A DNA stretch of 64,000 nucleotides from Vicugna vicugna (Eukaryota): NCBI GenBank assembly GCA_013265495.1, contig MU058198.1, positions 446,419 through 510,418 on the forward strand. The letters are read 5' to 3'. Below, piece after piece: positions 63,686 through 64,000 of this stretch. A program made the translations under genes and the position numbers. The notes beneath the pieces are model-generated. The model did not search any database and was not told the DNA's origin. It saw only the letters and a program-made list of their open reading frames with translations. Positions within the stretch are counted from its first letter, which is position 1. Each line of letters opens with the position of its first letter.

Positions 63686-64000
63686 TGACCAACCAAACTT
63701 GGGTCCGCCTGCCTGAGTGCAGTAAAGCCACTCCATTGACAGGGTTGTGGTGAAGGACAGTGTAGTGTTTACTGCAGGGCGTCAACCAAGGAGTCCAGGC
63801 AGCTGGTGTTTAAAAGACCTGAATTCCCCGATGGCTTTCAGGGTAAACTTTTTAAAGACAGGGTGAAGGAGGAGGGCTGTGGAGTGCGTGATCAGCTCAT
63901 GGACATTCTTCTGATTGGTGGGAGGTGAGGTAATCAGGAGCCAACATCATTGACCTTCTGGTTCCCACCAGCCTGGGGACCACGTGCCTGTGCGCAGCAT
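63686..64000 (-). mobile_element. ERV LTR, truncated by the window edge
   Basis: Shares motifs with 31464-31909 (e.g. GCCTGGGG..CCACGTGC, TTCAG..AAA..TTT.AAG.CAGG). Confidence 0.7.

Overview
Mammalian genomic DNA, most likely a camelid, judged from the young tRNA-derived SINE and L1 3' end sequences (recognition, not a database result). The window holds the 5' ends of two transmembrane channel-like paralogues arranged head to head. TMC7 is on the minus strand, with a CpG-island promoter near 18.1-18.6 kb and coding exons 1-3; the gene continues off the left edge. TMC5 is on the plus strand, with a CpG island near 29.8-30.7 kb, candidate non-coding exons, four long-isoform coding exons and an alternative first coding exon; it continues off the right edge. 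The rest is intronic or intergenic DNA rich in L1, L2, MIR, MaLR, ERV1 LTR, DNA transposon and SINE relics. I cannot establish a new biological system from sequence alone. The best leads are: (1) an old ~600-bp inverted duplication in TMC5 intron 1 with islands of perfect identity; (2) a solo LTR with a tandem NF-Y/CCAAT array, octamers and TATA box pointing into the TMC5 ATG exon, followed by a perfect splice donor; (3) a divergent pair of CTCF motifs between the two promoters; (4) splice-site oddities in TMC5. Repeat family names and boundaries were assigned by eye and are approximate.
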